A stretch of 64,000 bases of DNA from a virus: IMG/VR virus record IMGVR_UViG_3300005253_000193, positions 41,964 through 105,963 of that record, one strand, 5' to 3'. The notes beneath the pieces are model-generated. The model was not told where the DNA came from and did no database searches. It worked only from the letters and a program-made list of their open reading frames with translations. Numbering within the stretch: position 1 is the stretch's first letter; every line of letters begins with the position of its first letter. Below, one piece after another: positions 28,332-39,448 of this stretch. The position numbers and the translations under genes were made by a program.

Positions 28332-29273
28332 TCAATCGTAGATTGCCCGGCCGATGGCAATCATGATGGGCGCTAACTTCTCGGACGAATTACAAGGCAG
28401 GCTAAAACAATCCAAGATCTCGAGGACCCTCCCCGCCGCATCATCATTGTCCGTCCTCAAAAGAACGGGTTGGAAGTAATTGATAACTGTCAGACGTATA
28501 CTTTCCGGGTCCATATCCTTCAAACCCTTCAAATGTTTGCACGCCCCTTCCCAATTTAGATTTTTACCCTTGAGAAGCCATCGGCAAAGTTCCAGTACAT
28601 CCTCCGACCCGGTAGCCGTGCGAAGTATTTGAGCAGCTTCCTTCTTGTTCTTGCAGCCGGAGCATTTTTCCAAATAGACCAAAGCCCTTCTTGGACTGCC
28701 AAAAGATTCCTTGCTGATGAGGTCGATTACATCATTCCCAATGTCCATTCCCTCTCCATCACACACGTCCTCCAAGAGAAGGACAATGTCCTTTCTGCTG
28801 ACGGGGTCAAGCACATAGGCGAAGGATCTCGTTTTTATTGTTTCCGGGACTTTGGCAACCACGGTGGTGCAAAGAATGAAATAGACATGGGAGGGAGGCT
28901 CCTCCAATGCCTTCAACAGTGATTGCCACGCTTGTTTTGACAAGGCGTGAACCTCATCAATAATAATGGCTCTGTTGGGATGTTTCCCCATTGCCCTGTA
29001 TTTAAGAAGATCAGTGACACTCCTCATAGCGTCAATGCCGGTGTAGGTTGCCGCATCAATTTCGATTAAATTTTGTGAGTCGCATCCGATGGTATTGGCA
29101 ATGATCCTGGCAATGGTTGTTTTGCCCACACCGCTTGGGCCTGTTAAAAGAAAAACATGACCTTTGTCATCAGCCAACACCTTCTTTATTGATTGGATAG
29201 CCGTCCACTGCCCCAAGACATCATCAAAGTTGTCTGGCCGATATTTGACGTGCAGGTCGTCGTTCGTTCGCAT
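28332..29273 (-). CDS. dnaX: DNA polymerase III gamma/tau-like clamp loader
   Basis: KYRP..F..V.GQ, GPSGVGKTT, EIDAA, IIDEVH.L, LLKALEEPP. Confidence 0.9.
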   Translation of the reverse strand: MRTNDDLHVKYRPDNFDDVLGQWTAIQSIKKVLADDKGHVFLLTGPSGVGKTTIARIIANTIGCDSQNLIEIDAATYTGIDAMRSVTDLLKYRAMGKHPNRAIIIDEVHALSKQAWQSLLKALEEPPSHVYFILCTTVVAKVPETIKTRSFAYVLDPVSRKDIVLLLEDVCDGEGMDIGNDVIDLISKESFGSPRRALVYLEKCSGCKNKKEAAQILRTATGSEDVLELCRWLLKGKNLNWEGACKHLKGLKDMDPESIRLTVINYFQPVLLRTDNDDAAGRVLEILDCFSLPCNSSEKLAPIMIAIGRAIYD

Positions 29274-29730
29274 TTCAATCTCCCGTCTCTTTGGGTTTAA
29301 TTCCTTGGCCTGTAGATTCCCTAATAGAAAAGCCTTCGAATAAGATGTGCCGTGTGTAAATAGGTAGTTGGATAGTGACTTTGCGTTTGTATGCTTCTGC
29401 CATCACATCAGTTGGGGTAGCAAACGGTTCGCTAATCTGCTGTCCTTCTTTGAACAAGGCGTACATCAGAAGATATCTCTCATGGTAGTGGTCCTCCATA
29501 GTCGCAGATGAATCTGACACCCCTGGGCATCCGATCGCAAACTTCCTTGGCCTCGTCGAAGGTGTAGGGACCCGAGACCTGAGGCCTGCCATCCTGGATG
29601 TTTTCCGCTACCATGAATCTTTCGTGCCCTTTCAACTCGGCACGTTCTATTTCATGGGCTTGTGCGTCCAAGGCTTTTGCCTGTTCCCTCAATTCTGCGG
29701 GTGTGGGTACATCAACCATGGCTTCACTCC

Positions 29731-32259
29731 TTAATTTGATTTGAAGGTGCCAACCTTTTTCATGGCGAACCAGTTGTGTCCGACCTCAACTTCAATTGAG
29801 ATGGGAACATTTATGAAGTCAAAAGGCACGTCCAACATTTGATCAATTATATCCTCTAAGTCATCATCCAAGGAATCTACGGGAATATTAAAGGTTAAGT
29901 CATCATGGACATTCATGATAGCCTGCAACTGAGGCATGTTTTCCTCCTCAGCAAATTCTGATAATCTATCCATTGCATTGATAACGATGTCGGAAGCCGT
30001 GCCTTGAATTGGATGATTGAGAAGTTGATTGACCGACATGGGAGCACGGCGGCGTCTATTTGTTAGGGTCTCGGTATATCCATGTTCATTATAGAAATCC
30101 AATAGATCATTCTGCCATTGTTTCACTTCGGGGAAGGTATCCCAGAATTCTTTGAGCAGCCCATTACGTCCGCAGAATATACTTTCAGGTACACCAAGAT
30201 ATTCAGCTATCGACTCACCGGCTGCCCCAAAGAAGGCTGGGAATACAAACTTGTTTTTGACCTTTTGTCGGAGTTCTTTCATGACGTCATTATCACTAAT
30301 AAATTTCTTTCCTCCAACAATCTTGGGATATTTATTGGCGATACGTTTTGCCCAATCTGCGTGAATGTCATAATCCTCCCAAAGGGCTTTACATAGGAAT
30401 TTATCTTCGGAGGCCATGCCAAAGACCTTGGCTTCAATCTGTCCATAATCGGCACTTACCAAGACACAATTATCGGCCGCTACAATTTCTTCTCTGACCC
30501 ACTTATTTTTGTGCTTGACAAAATTCTGCTGATTGAATGCCTCACTGGAAGTACGACCGGTTGCCGTGAACATTGTGTTTAATTGGCTATGTGCCAGACC
30601 ATCCGGATAGACATCGGAGCCTACCCCCTGTTCAAAATTATCAACATATGTGGATTTCAGTTTGGTCAACTCTCTATGCAAGAGAACAAATTTTGCTAAT
30701 GGGTGTTTTATTTTAGATAGAATTGACTCGCCGACGGAACTCTTGCCAGTTTTCTCATCGATGACCTCCCCACATTTCAACATATTTTTGAAGACGTAGA
30801 GTACTTGTTGATTTGATCCTGGATTAAATTTCTTTTGCTTTCTTTGTTCATATTCCTTAACAGCTTCAAGCTCAGCTATTTTCTCTTCAAGGGGCTCAAT
30901 CCTTTTCCGAAGTTTATCCTGAAAACGCTTAACGGTCTTTTGGTCGATGTTAATTCCTTTTTGCTGGGTGAGAACGATCGTGGATGCCCTTCGTATCTGT
31001 ACATCATATACCTTTCTCAATCCCTCCGCTTCCACTAAATCCATTTGCACCAAAGACAGATGGTGGGTGTACTTTGTGTCCAAGGCATTGTATCTTAGAA
31101 CGTCAGGCAACGGCGCATTGTCAAGATTCTTTCTATCGAGATTCGATAGTGCTTTGAGATTAAATCCAAAATGCTGTAGACATAGAAAGTCAAGGCTTGA
31201 GGAGTTTTTTCTTTCATCAAGCACATAAGCCTGTGCCATTGTGTCTCCCCAAGGAGAATTTCGAAGACACTCATTCCCATAGAAAAAGGAAATCCACTCC
31301 ATCTCAAATGGAAGATTGTGTGCAAACTTGATACACTTGGAATCCCTGAGGAACTTTCCAAAAATAGCCTCAAGTTTTTTGAGTTCTTTCCCCGGCCACT
31401 TATTTCTTTTGTGCCGGAGAGCGAAGGCTATAACCTCATCTTTTGTTCCTACGGATGCTGTGATTATTTTTGCCCCTTTGGAATAGGGTCTCAAACAATT
31501 TGTTTCGAGATCAACTCCAACACTTTCTTCTTTCCTCATTTTATTGAGGAAGGTAGATATTATTTCGAGATCAAAACTTCCTGACCCATCAAAAATTCTA
31601 ATGTTCTCATAGTGTTTGTTTATGATGACTGGATCGGGGAGTGTTTTTAACTCATCAAAGGCGCGTTCCATGTCCTTTATGAAGACTTTGCCAAGGTCAG
31701 AATTTTCAGGTCTTCTCCGAGAGCCCCTTATAATAAAGGCGGGATGAAGCATGGGATAGTACCAACAAACATGCTCCCCTATTTTGACGGGAGTTCTACG
31801 GCCTCTCCAGGTGAGTATTTTTGATTCATTCAGAGTCCATCTTAGAGGTATACCACCTAACCCAAAAACTGCCAGGGGTTTTGTTTCCTCAATATCCTTG
31901 ATTATAGAAGGGCGGCAACTCTCTAATTCATTCCATTCCGGGTTGCGGTTTTTAGGTGGACGACATCGAACACAGTTACTTAGCCTGACCTGGTCCCTAT
32001 ACTTCCTGGGTATACGCGCACGTAGGAATTGACCGGAGTCCCCAACGAAGGGTTTGTCCTGATCGTCCTCGACTCGGCCAGGAGCCTCGCCCAGCATGTA
32101 TACAAGGGGTTTATTTGCCCCCGTGGGGGGCATTTCAGGCGATCCTATGCGTTCTTTGCCGAGTGAGCACCCCCTACACCCTAATTTGTGGAGAGTGCCC
32201 GTGGACACCTTGTGTTTGGGTGCCGTGACAGTCGTGACTCCCTTGAAGTAAAAGCTCAT
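29731..32259 (-). CDS. polA: Family A DNA polymerase fused to an N-terminal family-4 uracil-DNA glycosylase domain
   Basis: UDG: GEAPG..ED...PFVG.SG, CRPP.NR.P, HPA. Exonuclease: DLET, HN..FE, YNALD. Polymerase: TGR.SS, ADYGQIE, NHPIQGTA, VHDD. Confidence 0.92.
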   Translation of the reverse strand: MSFYFKGVTTVTAPKHKVSTGTLHKLGCRGCSLGKERIGSPEMPPTGANKPLVYMLGEAPGRVEDDQDKPFVGDSGQFLRARIPRKYRDQVRLSNCVRCRPPKNRNPEWNELESCRPSIIKDIEETKPLAVFGLGGIPLRWTLNESKILTWRGRRTPVKIGEHVCWYYPMLHPAFIIRGSRRRPENSDLGKVFIKDMERAFDELKTLPDPVIINKHYENIRIFDGSGSFDLEIISTFLNKMRKEESVGVDLETNCLRPYSKGAKIITASVGTKDEVIAFALRHKRNKWPGKELKKLEAIFGKFLRDSKCIKFAHNLPFEMEWISFFYGNECLRNSPWGDTMAQAYVLDERKNSSSLDFLCLQHFGFNLKALSNLDRKNLDNAPLPDVLRYNALDTKYTHHLSLVQMDLVEAEGLRKVYDVQIRRASTIVLTQQKGINIDQKTVKRFQDKLRKRIEPLEEKIAELEAVKEYEQRKQKKFNPGSNQQVLYVFKNMLKCGEVIDEKTGKSSVGESILSKIKHPLAKFVLLHRELTKLKSTYVDNFEQGVGSDVYPDGLAHSQLNTMFTATGRTSSEAFNQQNFVKHKNKWVREEIVAADNCVLVSADYGQIEAKVFGMASEDKFLCKALWEDYDIHADWAKRIANKYPKIVGGKKFISDNDVMKELRQKVKNKFVFPAFFGAAGESIAEYLGVPESIFCGRNGLLKEFWDTFPEVKQWQNDLLDFYNEHGYTETLTNRRRRAPMSVNQLLNHPIQGTASDIVINAMDRLSEFAEEENMPQLQAIMNVHDDLTFNIPVDSLDDDLEDIIDQMLDVPFDFINVPISIEVEVGHNWFAMKKVGTFKSN

Positions 32260-33323
32260 TCGGTTGGCGTTGCGTCTGATCCGTTGGAAATCAGATGAAG
32301 GTATGCATCACTTTCACCAGAGAGTAGAATGGTGTCCTCAGTGACGTAGAACATGTCACATACTGCCAAAGCCTTTTCAAGCATAGTAGTATCGATTGAG
32401 GCTACCACATCAGGATGATCGGCTTTGAGAGGAATGACGGCGTGTGTGTCTCCCTTATGAGTTTCCGTGTCCATGTGGAGCTTGTTTTTGACGATCTCAA
32501 GTCTTACTTCCCAACCATATACCCCAGAAGTGAGAACCTGAGAAGCCTTGATGGCTTGTCCGATGCTGGTGGGTAAGGGTACAAGGTCACGGGGGTCGAC
32601 GTCACCCCACTGCTCGTCGATGACTTCCTCGAAGTTGACGGAGGAGTCGTCCTCCAACAATTTTGAGAAGAGGGTAACGCTGTCGATTATCGCTATAACG
32701 TGGTCCTCGCCAATGAACAGCTCACCATCTTTTTTGAGGGATTTCACCGTGCGTACCAGGGTTTTACAGAAATCGGGGGGCAAGATAACCGCCCGCTCCT
32801 TCTTGGATTGGATATCGAGTTCAAACCTGGAAACGGAGACTGTGTCCGAGGAATACAAAACACAATCCTTCTTGCCCAAGGAAAGGGTGATGCCAAGTAA
32901 TGATGGCCGTGTGCTGTCTATCCCCATTGTGCTGAGGCACAACTCAATTCCCTTGATGAGAGCATTGTCAATGTTGACCATCAAAGAGCTCTTGATGTCC
33001 GGGAGTTCAAAAATGAAATCCTCCGGAGGCAGGGTGGGGAGTTTGGAATTGCTGCGCCCATATTTCATATGAACCTCACCATCCTTCTGCTTGAACTCTA
33101 CTTCCTTGGCAGAGGAGGCTTCCAGAAGTCCGATGATCCGGGCTCCATCAATGGCGTCGTTCATGTCACACTCATGATCGACCAACACCGCCATCACGTC
33201 ATTATAGGAAGTGATGGTCACGCCATCGAAACAGAAGTGTGTGTAGACCGGAAGTATTGATCCCTTGGAAGCAAGTGCGGGCTTGGCAAGGTTCAATTTT
33301 TCCAAAAGCAGTTTTCGTTCCAT
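32256..33323 (-). CDS. dnaN: Sliding clamp (DNA Pol III beta-like)
   Basis: About 355 aa, three repeated domains, RPSLLGI..SSD; adjacent to polA and dnaX. Confidence 0.7.
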   Translation of the reverse strand: MERKLLLEKLNLAKPALASKGSILPVYTHFCFDGVTITSYNDVMAVLVDHECDMNDAIDGARIIGLLEASSAKEVEFKQKDGEVHMKYGRSNSKLPTLPPEDFIFELPDIKSSLMVNIDNALIKGIELCLSTMGIDSTRPSLLGITLSLGKKDCVLYSSDTVSVSRFELDIQSKKERAVILPPDFCKTLVRTVKSLKKDGELFIGEDHVIAIIDSVTLFSKLLEDDSSVNFEEVIDEQWGDVDPRDLVPLPTSIGQAIKASQVLTSGVYGWEVRLEIVKNKLHMDTETHKGDTHAVIPLKADHPDVVASIDTTMLEKALAVCDMFYVTEDTILLSGESDAYLHLISNGSDATPTE

Positions 33324-33552
33324 GGTCGGACTCCCTATCGTCCTCACTAAGATTTGAGGTCCATGTGCCAATCATCGCTGAACAGTCCAGTTTTGTTCAA
33401 GGACTGTACAATGAGTCTTGCCGTGGTCTCATTCTTTGTCTCACAGACGTAGCGGCCAGATCCTCTTGGCGTCGTCCCACTGTAGCGGGCAATGATGAAT
33501 CTGGTGCTAGACATCTCAATATAGGAAAACTCTTCTCTTGTCGACATTACGG

Positions 33553-34401
33553 TCACTCCCTATTTCTAAAAACCAGCAAATGCTCATGACGCGGGACAAG
33601 TTTCATTCCTTTCCAGGAGTTGGCTGCTCTTACGGCGGCGGACCCCGCGCTTCTCGAAAGGATGATATCCTGCCAGAGAATAAATCCAGCAAGATGAAAA
33701 TTGATGACCGTATCCCCACGAAAGTCAACCAAGGCTTTCGATTTATCCCGGAAGTTACCAACATTGACACAGGTGAAGGCATCAGGCTTCAGCTTTTCTT
33801 TGATGGCCACTGCCGCCTGCCCCATAGCTTCATCGAAGTCCAGGTAGTCTTCCAGGTTGGAGATGTCGTCGTCCTGGTCGCTGTAGACTTCCAGGTTATG
33901 ATAGGGTGGACAAGCAAAACATAAATCAAAAAGCTCGGAGTCAAGACAGTCCAGTACAGTGCCGTCCCCAAGATGGTAATGAGCGTCCAAACCGAGCTCT
34001 TCAATAATCTTTTCGTTCTCAGTAATAGCTTCCTGCCGCACGTCAATTCCATGATATTCATACCCCATGATGGAAGCAACAACTCCACGAACCGGACCGC
34101 CAGCAAATGGGTCGAGGATCCTGTTTCCTTCTTTGCCACCGTACCTCAACAAAACCCATTCCACTAATGGTGCAGGATAGACAGAATATGTCCCTGAATA
34201 GGCAGTCTCCTCCTTACGCATAGCCCCGGCACGGGAACCGGATCGTCCATCCTCCCCGGTAAGTTCCTTCCAATGCTTGGTCCGCTGACTGATGAGTTCA
34301 TCAGCAGGCCAGATGGTCGTGCTTGTGTGAAAGTTGAGGGCGGGGCGAATATAGGTTTTCCGAAGATCACTGATGCTACCCCTGAGTTTGGACCTCTTCA
34401 T
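33553..34401 (-). CDS. SAM-dependent amino-methyltransferase (DNA methylase-like)
   Basis: ILDPFAGG..RG (motif I) and CPPY (motif IV). Confidence 0.8.
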   Translation of the reverse strand: MKRSKLRGSISDLRKTYIRPALNFHTSTTIWPADELISQRTKHWKELTGEDGRSGSRAGAMRKEETAYSGTYSVYPAPLVEWVLLRYGGKEGNRILDPFAGGPVRGVVASIMGYEYHGIDVRQEAITENEKIIEELGLDAHYHLGDGTVLDCLDSELFDLCFACPPYHNLEVYSDQDDDISNLEDYLDFDEAMGQAAVAIKEKLKPDAFTCVNVGNFRDKSKALVDFRGDTVINFHLAGFILWQDIILSRSAGSAAVRAANSWKGMKLVPRHEHLLVFRNRE

Positions 34402-34599
34402 TTTTCCCCACCTTCTTGACTTTTATTTCGATGTCCCATCCTCGATTCCTGGCCTTGACTTTGATCTTGTCGGCCCAGCCAATAGCCTGACCGATGACCT
34501 GGATCTCTCTTGGGAAAGGTTCATCTCTGAGGCAATCGGCACACAGGAGCTCGAAAGCTCCATTCCCATCTACCTGAACAGGATGAACCCCTGTTTCGT

Positions 34600-35265
34600 T
34601 TATTTGTTGAGCTTCGGACGCCGTCTCTTCAGCTTCGGACGTTGAGCCTTTAGTTTCATATTCGGGATCGTCCGCGATCTGCACGATGCTTCTCCCTTGA
34701 GTAACAGTTCCCTTCCCATAAGACGAACATATATTGTCTTGTCCATCTCAGCAATTATATCTCCCCCTCCCCCATCTAAGTGCCGGACTATTTTAGAAGC
34801 CTCTTCCTCACCAAAGATGAGATCTAAACTTGGTCTGAAAATCTCATAGGCTGGCCTTCCTTCATTATCGTAGCAAGGAAGCCTTTTGTATCTGTTCCTT
34901 ATTACGAGAGTTCCCCTATTGGTTAACTTGAATGGGCTTGCAATACAGCCAAAGGGTTTATCAGGGGTATCATGAAGTATGCAAAGTCCTTTATCCTTGA
35001 AGGGACAACCTAGTTCTTCTGGTACGGGTTGCAATTCCCCGTTTATGACCCTGACCCCAAGCCTCTTAATTCTTTCCTCTTCAAAGGGAAGGATAGTGAC
35101 TTTCATGCCCCCTGGAAGTGTGGGGGCATCACAGCACTTTCCGGTACAGCCCTTCTTTTTGATGCAGTCTGGCCCGCAACTGATGAACAGAAGGCGGGCC
35201 ATTTTTGAAGATATTCTGACTGGGACTTTGTCACTAAAGATGTTTCCTTTTACCCTAATTGTCAT
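34600..35265 (-). CDS. Cys-cluster (YkgJ-like, putative Fe-S/Zn) protein
   Basis: C..C...C.GKCC, CPF...C.LH...KP..C...PF. Confidence 0.6.
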   Translation of the reverse strand: MTIRVKGNIFSDKVPVRISSKMARLLFISCGPDCIKKKGCTGKCCDAPTLPGGMKVTILPFEEERIKRLGVRVINGELQPVPEELGCPFKDKGLCILHDTPDKPFGCIASPFKLTNRGTLVIRNRYKRLPCYDNEGRPAYEIFRPSLDLIFGEEEASKIVRHLDGGGGDIIAEMDKTIYVRLMGRELLLKGEASCRSRTIPNMKLKAQRPKLKRRRPKLNK

Positions 35266-35287
35266 TTTGTTCTCCCCAGGAAAGATA

Positions 35288-35315
35288 AGGGCGGGACATA
35301 ATCAAGTCCCGCCCT
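35288..35315 (-). terminator. Intrinsic terminator
   Basis: Perfect 10-bp stem AGGGCGGGAC/GTCCCGCCCT followed by TATCTTT on the - strand. Confidence 0.65.
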
Positions 35316-35340
35316 CATTCACTCGCCGGCTGTCTCCGGC

Positions 35341-35874
35341 TTACTTGACGGTGAGAGTGATGACGCCGTCTTCCTTCGTGACCTTGTGACCCTTCTTTTC
35401 GAGGTTGGTCAGGAGATTGTAGTGGGTGGTGCCGGTGGTTTCCTTCACGTCCTTCATCTTGGCACCTTTGGCAAACAACGCTGCCGCCTCGGAAGCCTTG
35501 GTGCCAACCTTCAGGCCGAAGTCGTCGCGTTCCACTTTGGTCTTGCCGCTGCCTTTGGCTTTGTCCTTGGGGGCTGAGCGCTTGGCGGCGGATTTCTTGG
35601 CTGGCGACCGGCTACGTGGCTTTCCTTCCTCGGTTCCCCCCTCGGATTCCTCGTCGGGAAATTCCTCCGGGTCCTTGTTGTCGTTCATGTCGTCGATAGC
35701 TTGGATGACCCACTTCTGGGCACCGTCGGTGAGGCCGAGGCTTTCCCAGTCGTCTTCGCTCAGGTCAGCACAGTGACGAACAAGGCGGGCACGGTAGGCG
35801 ATGTCCTTCTCGCCACGCTTGCGTTTGATCTTTGTCACGCTTTCGAGTTCTTCTCTCAAGCTCTTTTTAGCCAT
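35341..35874 (-). CDS. Putative DNA-binding protein (basic linker, winged-helix-like C-terminus)
   Basis: K/A-rich linker; GAGAGG RBS; own terminator. Confidence 0.5.
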   Translation of the reverse strand: MAKKSLREELESVTKIKRKRGEKDIAYRARLVRHCADLSEDDWESLGLTDGAQKWVIQAIDDMNDNKDPEEFPDEESEGGTEEGKPRSRSPAKKSAAKRSAPKDKAKGSGKTKVERDDFGLKVGTKASEAAALFAKGAKMKDVKETTGTTHYNLLTNLEKKGHKVTKEDGVITLTVK

Positions 35875-36081
35875 AGTTTGAACCTCTCGCTTCAAGTTGG
35901 TGGTTGAAAACTGTCGGATGGATATACGTCGTGTCAATCCATCCTATCTGCCAAGTTTAGTGCCTTCACAATCTTCTCCGCACAATCTCGACTAAAAGTC
36001 TCGGCAATTTTCCCATCAAGACCTCTTTTATGATCCAATATTTCGTAGATACCACGATCGCGATGGTCTATGTACTGGTAA

Positions 36082-36687
36082 TCATAACGCAGTGACTTTT
36101 TCTTCGGAGCTTGTGAAGTAATCATGGCACAACCTCAATATATTGATATTTTCTGGATCCAATCCCAGAATACGACAAAACTTTTCATTTGTAGTTTCCC
36201 TGTTGAAGCGTCTGTTCCCCTTCCTGTATCTCAGGTACGGCTTTCTAAATTCCTTTAGCTTGGCTTCATCAAGAAGGGAAAAAAGTAATAGTTTTATCTC
36301 CGCTGGGGCCTTTAGAAGTAAAATGCTTAATGAGCCCTCATGATAGCTTATCGTATTTGCCCTTTCAAGCAATTCCTCAAAGTCCAACTTGGGGAGGGAG
36401 ATCTCAGCACTTTCGGTTCGTTGATTGGCTAAGTTATGAATATGATTTTCGAAGGATCTCTTAAACAGGGACATGAAATGTTTTGGGTTTGTAACCTGAG
36501 GATATTTCTCCTTGCATTGAAGAAATTTTAGATAAGCGTCTTGATGGAGATCTTCGAATTCGTGGTAAGCTCCTACCCTCCAATAATTTCTTGTTATGTG
36601 ATTGATTGCCCAACCTTCGATGGCTCCCTTAAATACAGGAGTGAAGTGAAGACTTCTCCTCTTCAAGCGCAGCTTATTTCGCTTCAT
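36082..36687 (-). CDS. Sigma-factor-like protein
   Basis: EFEDLHQDAYLKF...F...F...F.N resembles sigma region 2. Confidence 0.55.
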   Translation of the reverse strand: MKRNKLRLKRRSLHFTPVFKGAIEGWAINHITRNYWRVGAYHEFEDLHQDAYLKFLQCKEKYPQVTNPKHFMSLFKRSFENHIHNLANQRTESAEISLPKLDFEELLERANTISYHEGSLSILLLKAPAEIKLLLFSLLDEAKLKEFRKPYLRYRKGNRRFNRETTNEKFCRILGLDPENINILRLCHDYFTSSEEKVTAL

Positions 36688-36752
36688 GAAGATGCTCCCC
36701 GTAAACCTCACCGCCCATGATAGGGGCTTAAAAAGAGAGGAGCAAATGATTT

Positions 36753-37757
36753 TTATGGCAGTTGCAGGACTTGTTTCTTCGACAAATCCCCAGGGTCAGT
36801 GACGCCTTTTGGAAGAGAAGATATCTTAACTCCAAGATGTGACAGGTCGCTGGCAGCTACAAAGGAGTTCACAAGCTGGCCCGCATCCAGAAGAAGTCTG
36901 GTCTGTCCAAACTTGGGAACAAGCTCCGATAGAAGCCAGAGTTGTTCGTCAGTAATGTCCGTGCTAAAAATGCAGGTAGCCCGAACTCCCAGTTCCCTAG
37001 CATAGAAATCAATTTTGGTTGCATCAAAGAATCCCTCGGTGATGTAGAGCGTTCGTCCTCCTCCTTTTTTGAGGTTTGTGAAATTGTACAGGATGTCCTT
37101 CACACTCATTAGGGCTACTGGGTCCCCACGAAGGTTGGCTTTTTCTGGCTCGTGTGACAATGATTGGTATCTGAGCTCCTCGTCCTTTCTGATGGTTCTG
37201 CCCGTCCAACCAACCAGTTCTCCTTCCATGTAAAAAGGAATAATGATTCGCCATTCCCATCTATCCTCCATGCAGTAATGAAGTTTGTACTGGCGGGAGA
37301 AACGTAGAGCCTCGGGAAGTGAGAATCCTCTCTCCCTCCTGAGATATGAAATGAAACGCTTCCCAAATCCCTTATTGATTATTCTTTTGAAGTTGCTGGG
37401 CATCTCGAGCCTTGCTGTCTTTTCCACTTTCTTGTCCGCTCCTTTCAATTTGGCCAGTGTCATTTCGAAGTCAGTAAGATCCGGTTTTGGCCCCTCGCCT
37501 ACAATATGATTGGCCTGGTCATGGGAACAACTCAGAATTTTCATTATGAGTCGTTGGGGTCTCCTCCCACGATGAGACTTCACGCGCCAGCAACCCCACA
37601 TGATCCCTTTCCTTAACAGGCCCATATGTTCTGAAGGATCACTATCTCCGCAGAAGGGGCATTGGATGGCTATGTGTCCCCTGGACACGTTGGATCCGCT
37701 TTCCACGTAGCGGATTTTATTTGTATCACAAAATTTTTGCCAGTTGAATTGCATCAA
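36753..37757 (-). CDS. DNA primase (Zn finger + TOPRIM)
   Basis: CPFC...H...CW, RIIIPF...GWTGR, ITEG.FD, LD, DPGD. Confidence 0.85.
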   Translation of the reverse strand: MMQFNWQKFCDTNKIRYVESGSNVSRGHIAIQCPFCGDSDPSEHMGLLRKGIMWGCWRVKSHRGRRPQRLIMKILSCSHDQANHIVGEGPKPDLTDFEMTLAKLKGADKKVEKTARLEMPSNFKRIINKGFGKRFISYLRRERGFSLPEALRFSRQYKLHYCMEDRWEWRIIIPFYMEGELVGWTGRTIRKDEELRYQSLSHEPEKANLRGDPVALMSVKDILYNFTNLKKGGGRTLYITEGFFDATKIDFYARELGVRATCIFSTDITDEQLWLLSELVPKFGQTRLLLDAGQLVNSFVAASDLSHLGVKISSLPKGVTDPGDLSKKQVLQLP

Positions 37758-38768
37758 AACTTTCCAATGTTTTGTTCAATTTTTAGTGCTTGTTTAAAAG
37801 TAAGAGCTATTAAAACCCTCATCAAACTGACAAGTAAGATGAAGAACGCGGAAATGGACGCGACAATTTTATACTTCAGATCGATTTCATTGGTGGCTGT
37901 AACCGTTCCAACTGTAATTGCGAGTAAGTTTGTAAAACCCATTAATACTTGAAATTTGGACATGGTCCACCCATTCCAAAAGTCTTTTCTCTTATGCGTA
38001 GCGTAGACAAACAAAATCCATCTACTCCTGAGACTCTTCATTAATCGTCCTCTCTTGTGAAGGTGTCTTTTGGAAGCCCTATCAGTTCCGCTACCTCTTC
38101 CCAGGCAAAATGATACCCATCACCAAAACTGGTTCCGTCACCGCGATCATACGCGGTTTTCTCCTCACGGAGATGTATCCGCGTGGCCTCAATAACGGAG
38201 CGGGCTTGCTTACGATGGTCTTCCCATGCTGGATAGCTATGACTAGAACGGCCATATTCTTGGATTCGGCGTTCGGGTTGGTCACCGGCAGCGACACACA
38301 AAGCTCGCGCCAGCCTTTCTTCCAAGGACATTTCCATGGTCATTTTTTGTCCTCCCTCACAATCGTCAGCTCAACGCCAACGATTTCCATATCCTCGACA
38401 TTGCGCTCAGGGCAAGATGTGGTCTCCCACCTTTCATCATCATCACCATCAAACGAATCATAGATATGAACCACCTTTACTTTACCCTTCAACCACCAAC
38501 CCAAAGCACAATAAGCAGCATGTGATGTGCTAAACAATCGAGGCTTGCGATTGTCTGTTGGTTCGCAATGGGTGAAGCCACGATTTCCACGGCCAGGACC
38601 TTCCGGCATCAGTTTATCAGTTGGCCTGTGCAAGATGGCATACATCATCATGTTAACTCTCCCGCTGAGATAGATACGTGAATGTCTTCCAACCAGCCCA
38701 AAGGGCAATCAGGATAACTCCCGTCAAATAAGCTGGCCACCAGAGATTAATCCAGAAGTCGATCATGA

Positions 38769-39155
38769 TCATCCTTCCTCATCAAGATTGATGACGGCCA
38801 GCTTTTTGGCCCCAGCTCTTTCAAGCATATCCCTAGTACCCCTGTCCCCAGGGAAAGCTATCAAGGCGTCAGCACAGTCAGCCATGGCCTTATTGCGGAT
38901 GGGACCTGCTCCCCTACCAAAGCGACCCCAATTTGCCATGAACATTTTGACAGGTATGCTATTTTCTTCGGCCCATACCTTCCCAAAACTGTCGGCCCCT
39001 TTTGCACCCCCACAGACAACCTCAGTTATTTTCATGTGTTTGTGAAGTAAGTCCAGAACTTTGTGGGCGTCACGATGCCCCGTACTCCAAGAAAAAACTC
39101 TATATTCACTTGGTTGGAAGTCCCTGCCCCCGGCTATGATGACTTTCATATTCAC
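38769..39155 (-). CDS. SLOG-superfamily (YspA/DUF2493-like) protein
   Basis: IIAGGRDF, VVCGGAKGAD, AGPIRN..MA, AFPG..GT. Confidence 0.85.
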   Translation of the reverse strand: MNMKVIIAGGRDFQPSEYRVFSWSTGHRDAHKVLDLLHKHMKITEVVCGGAKGADSFGKVWAEENSIPVKMFMANWGRFGRGAGPIRNKAMADCADALIAFPGDRGTRDMLERAGAKKLAVINLDEEG

Positions 39156-39448
39156 AATTTCCTATTTTTTAAGAGTACTCCTTTCAAAAACTTTACGTCC
39201 ATTAATTACTTTGCTTTTGTAGAGCCCCCTTCTCCTCATCACTCTTAAATTGTGATGGTATTCACTGTATAATCCTTGGATAGCTTGTCGGACACTTGGT
39301 TTGTGTTCATCATCGTAGTGAGGTAATTTACCAAGATCTTCACCACCATTTATTGGAGCCACATATGCCGGTGGACATTTGGTCACTCCTTGTACTTCAA
39401 CATATTGTTCTATCAGGTCGAGCTCCTCCTTCCGTTCTTCCTTATCTG

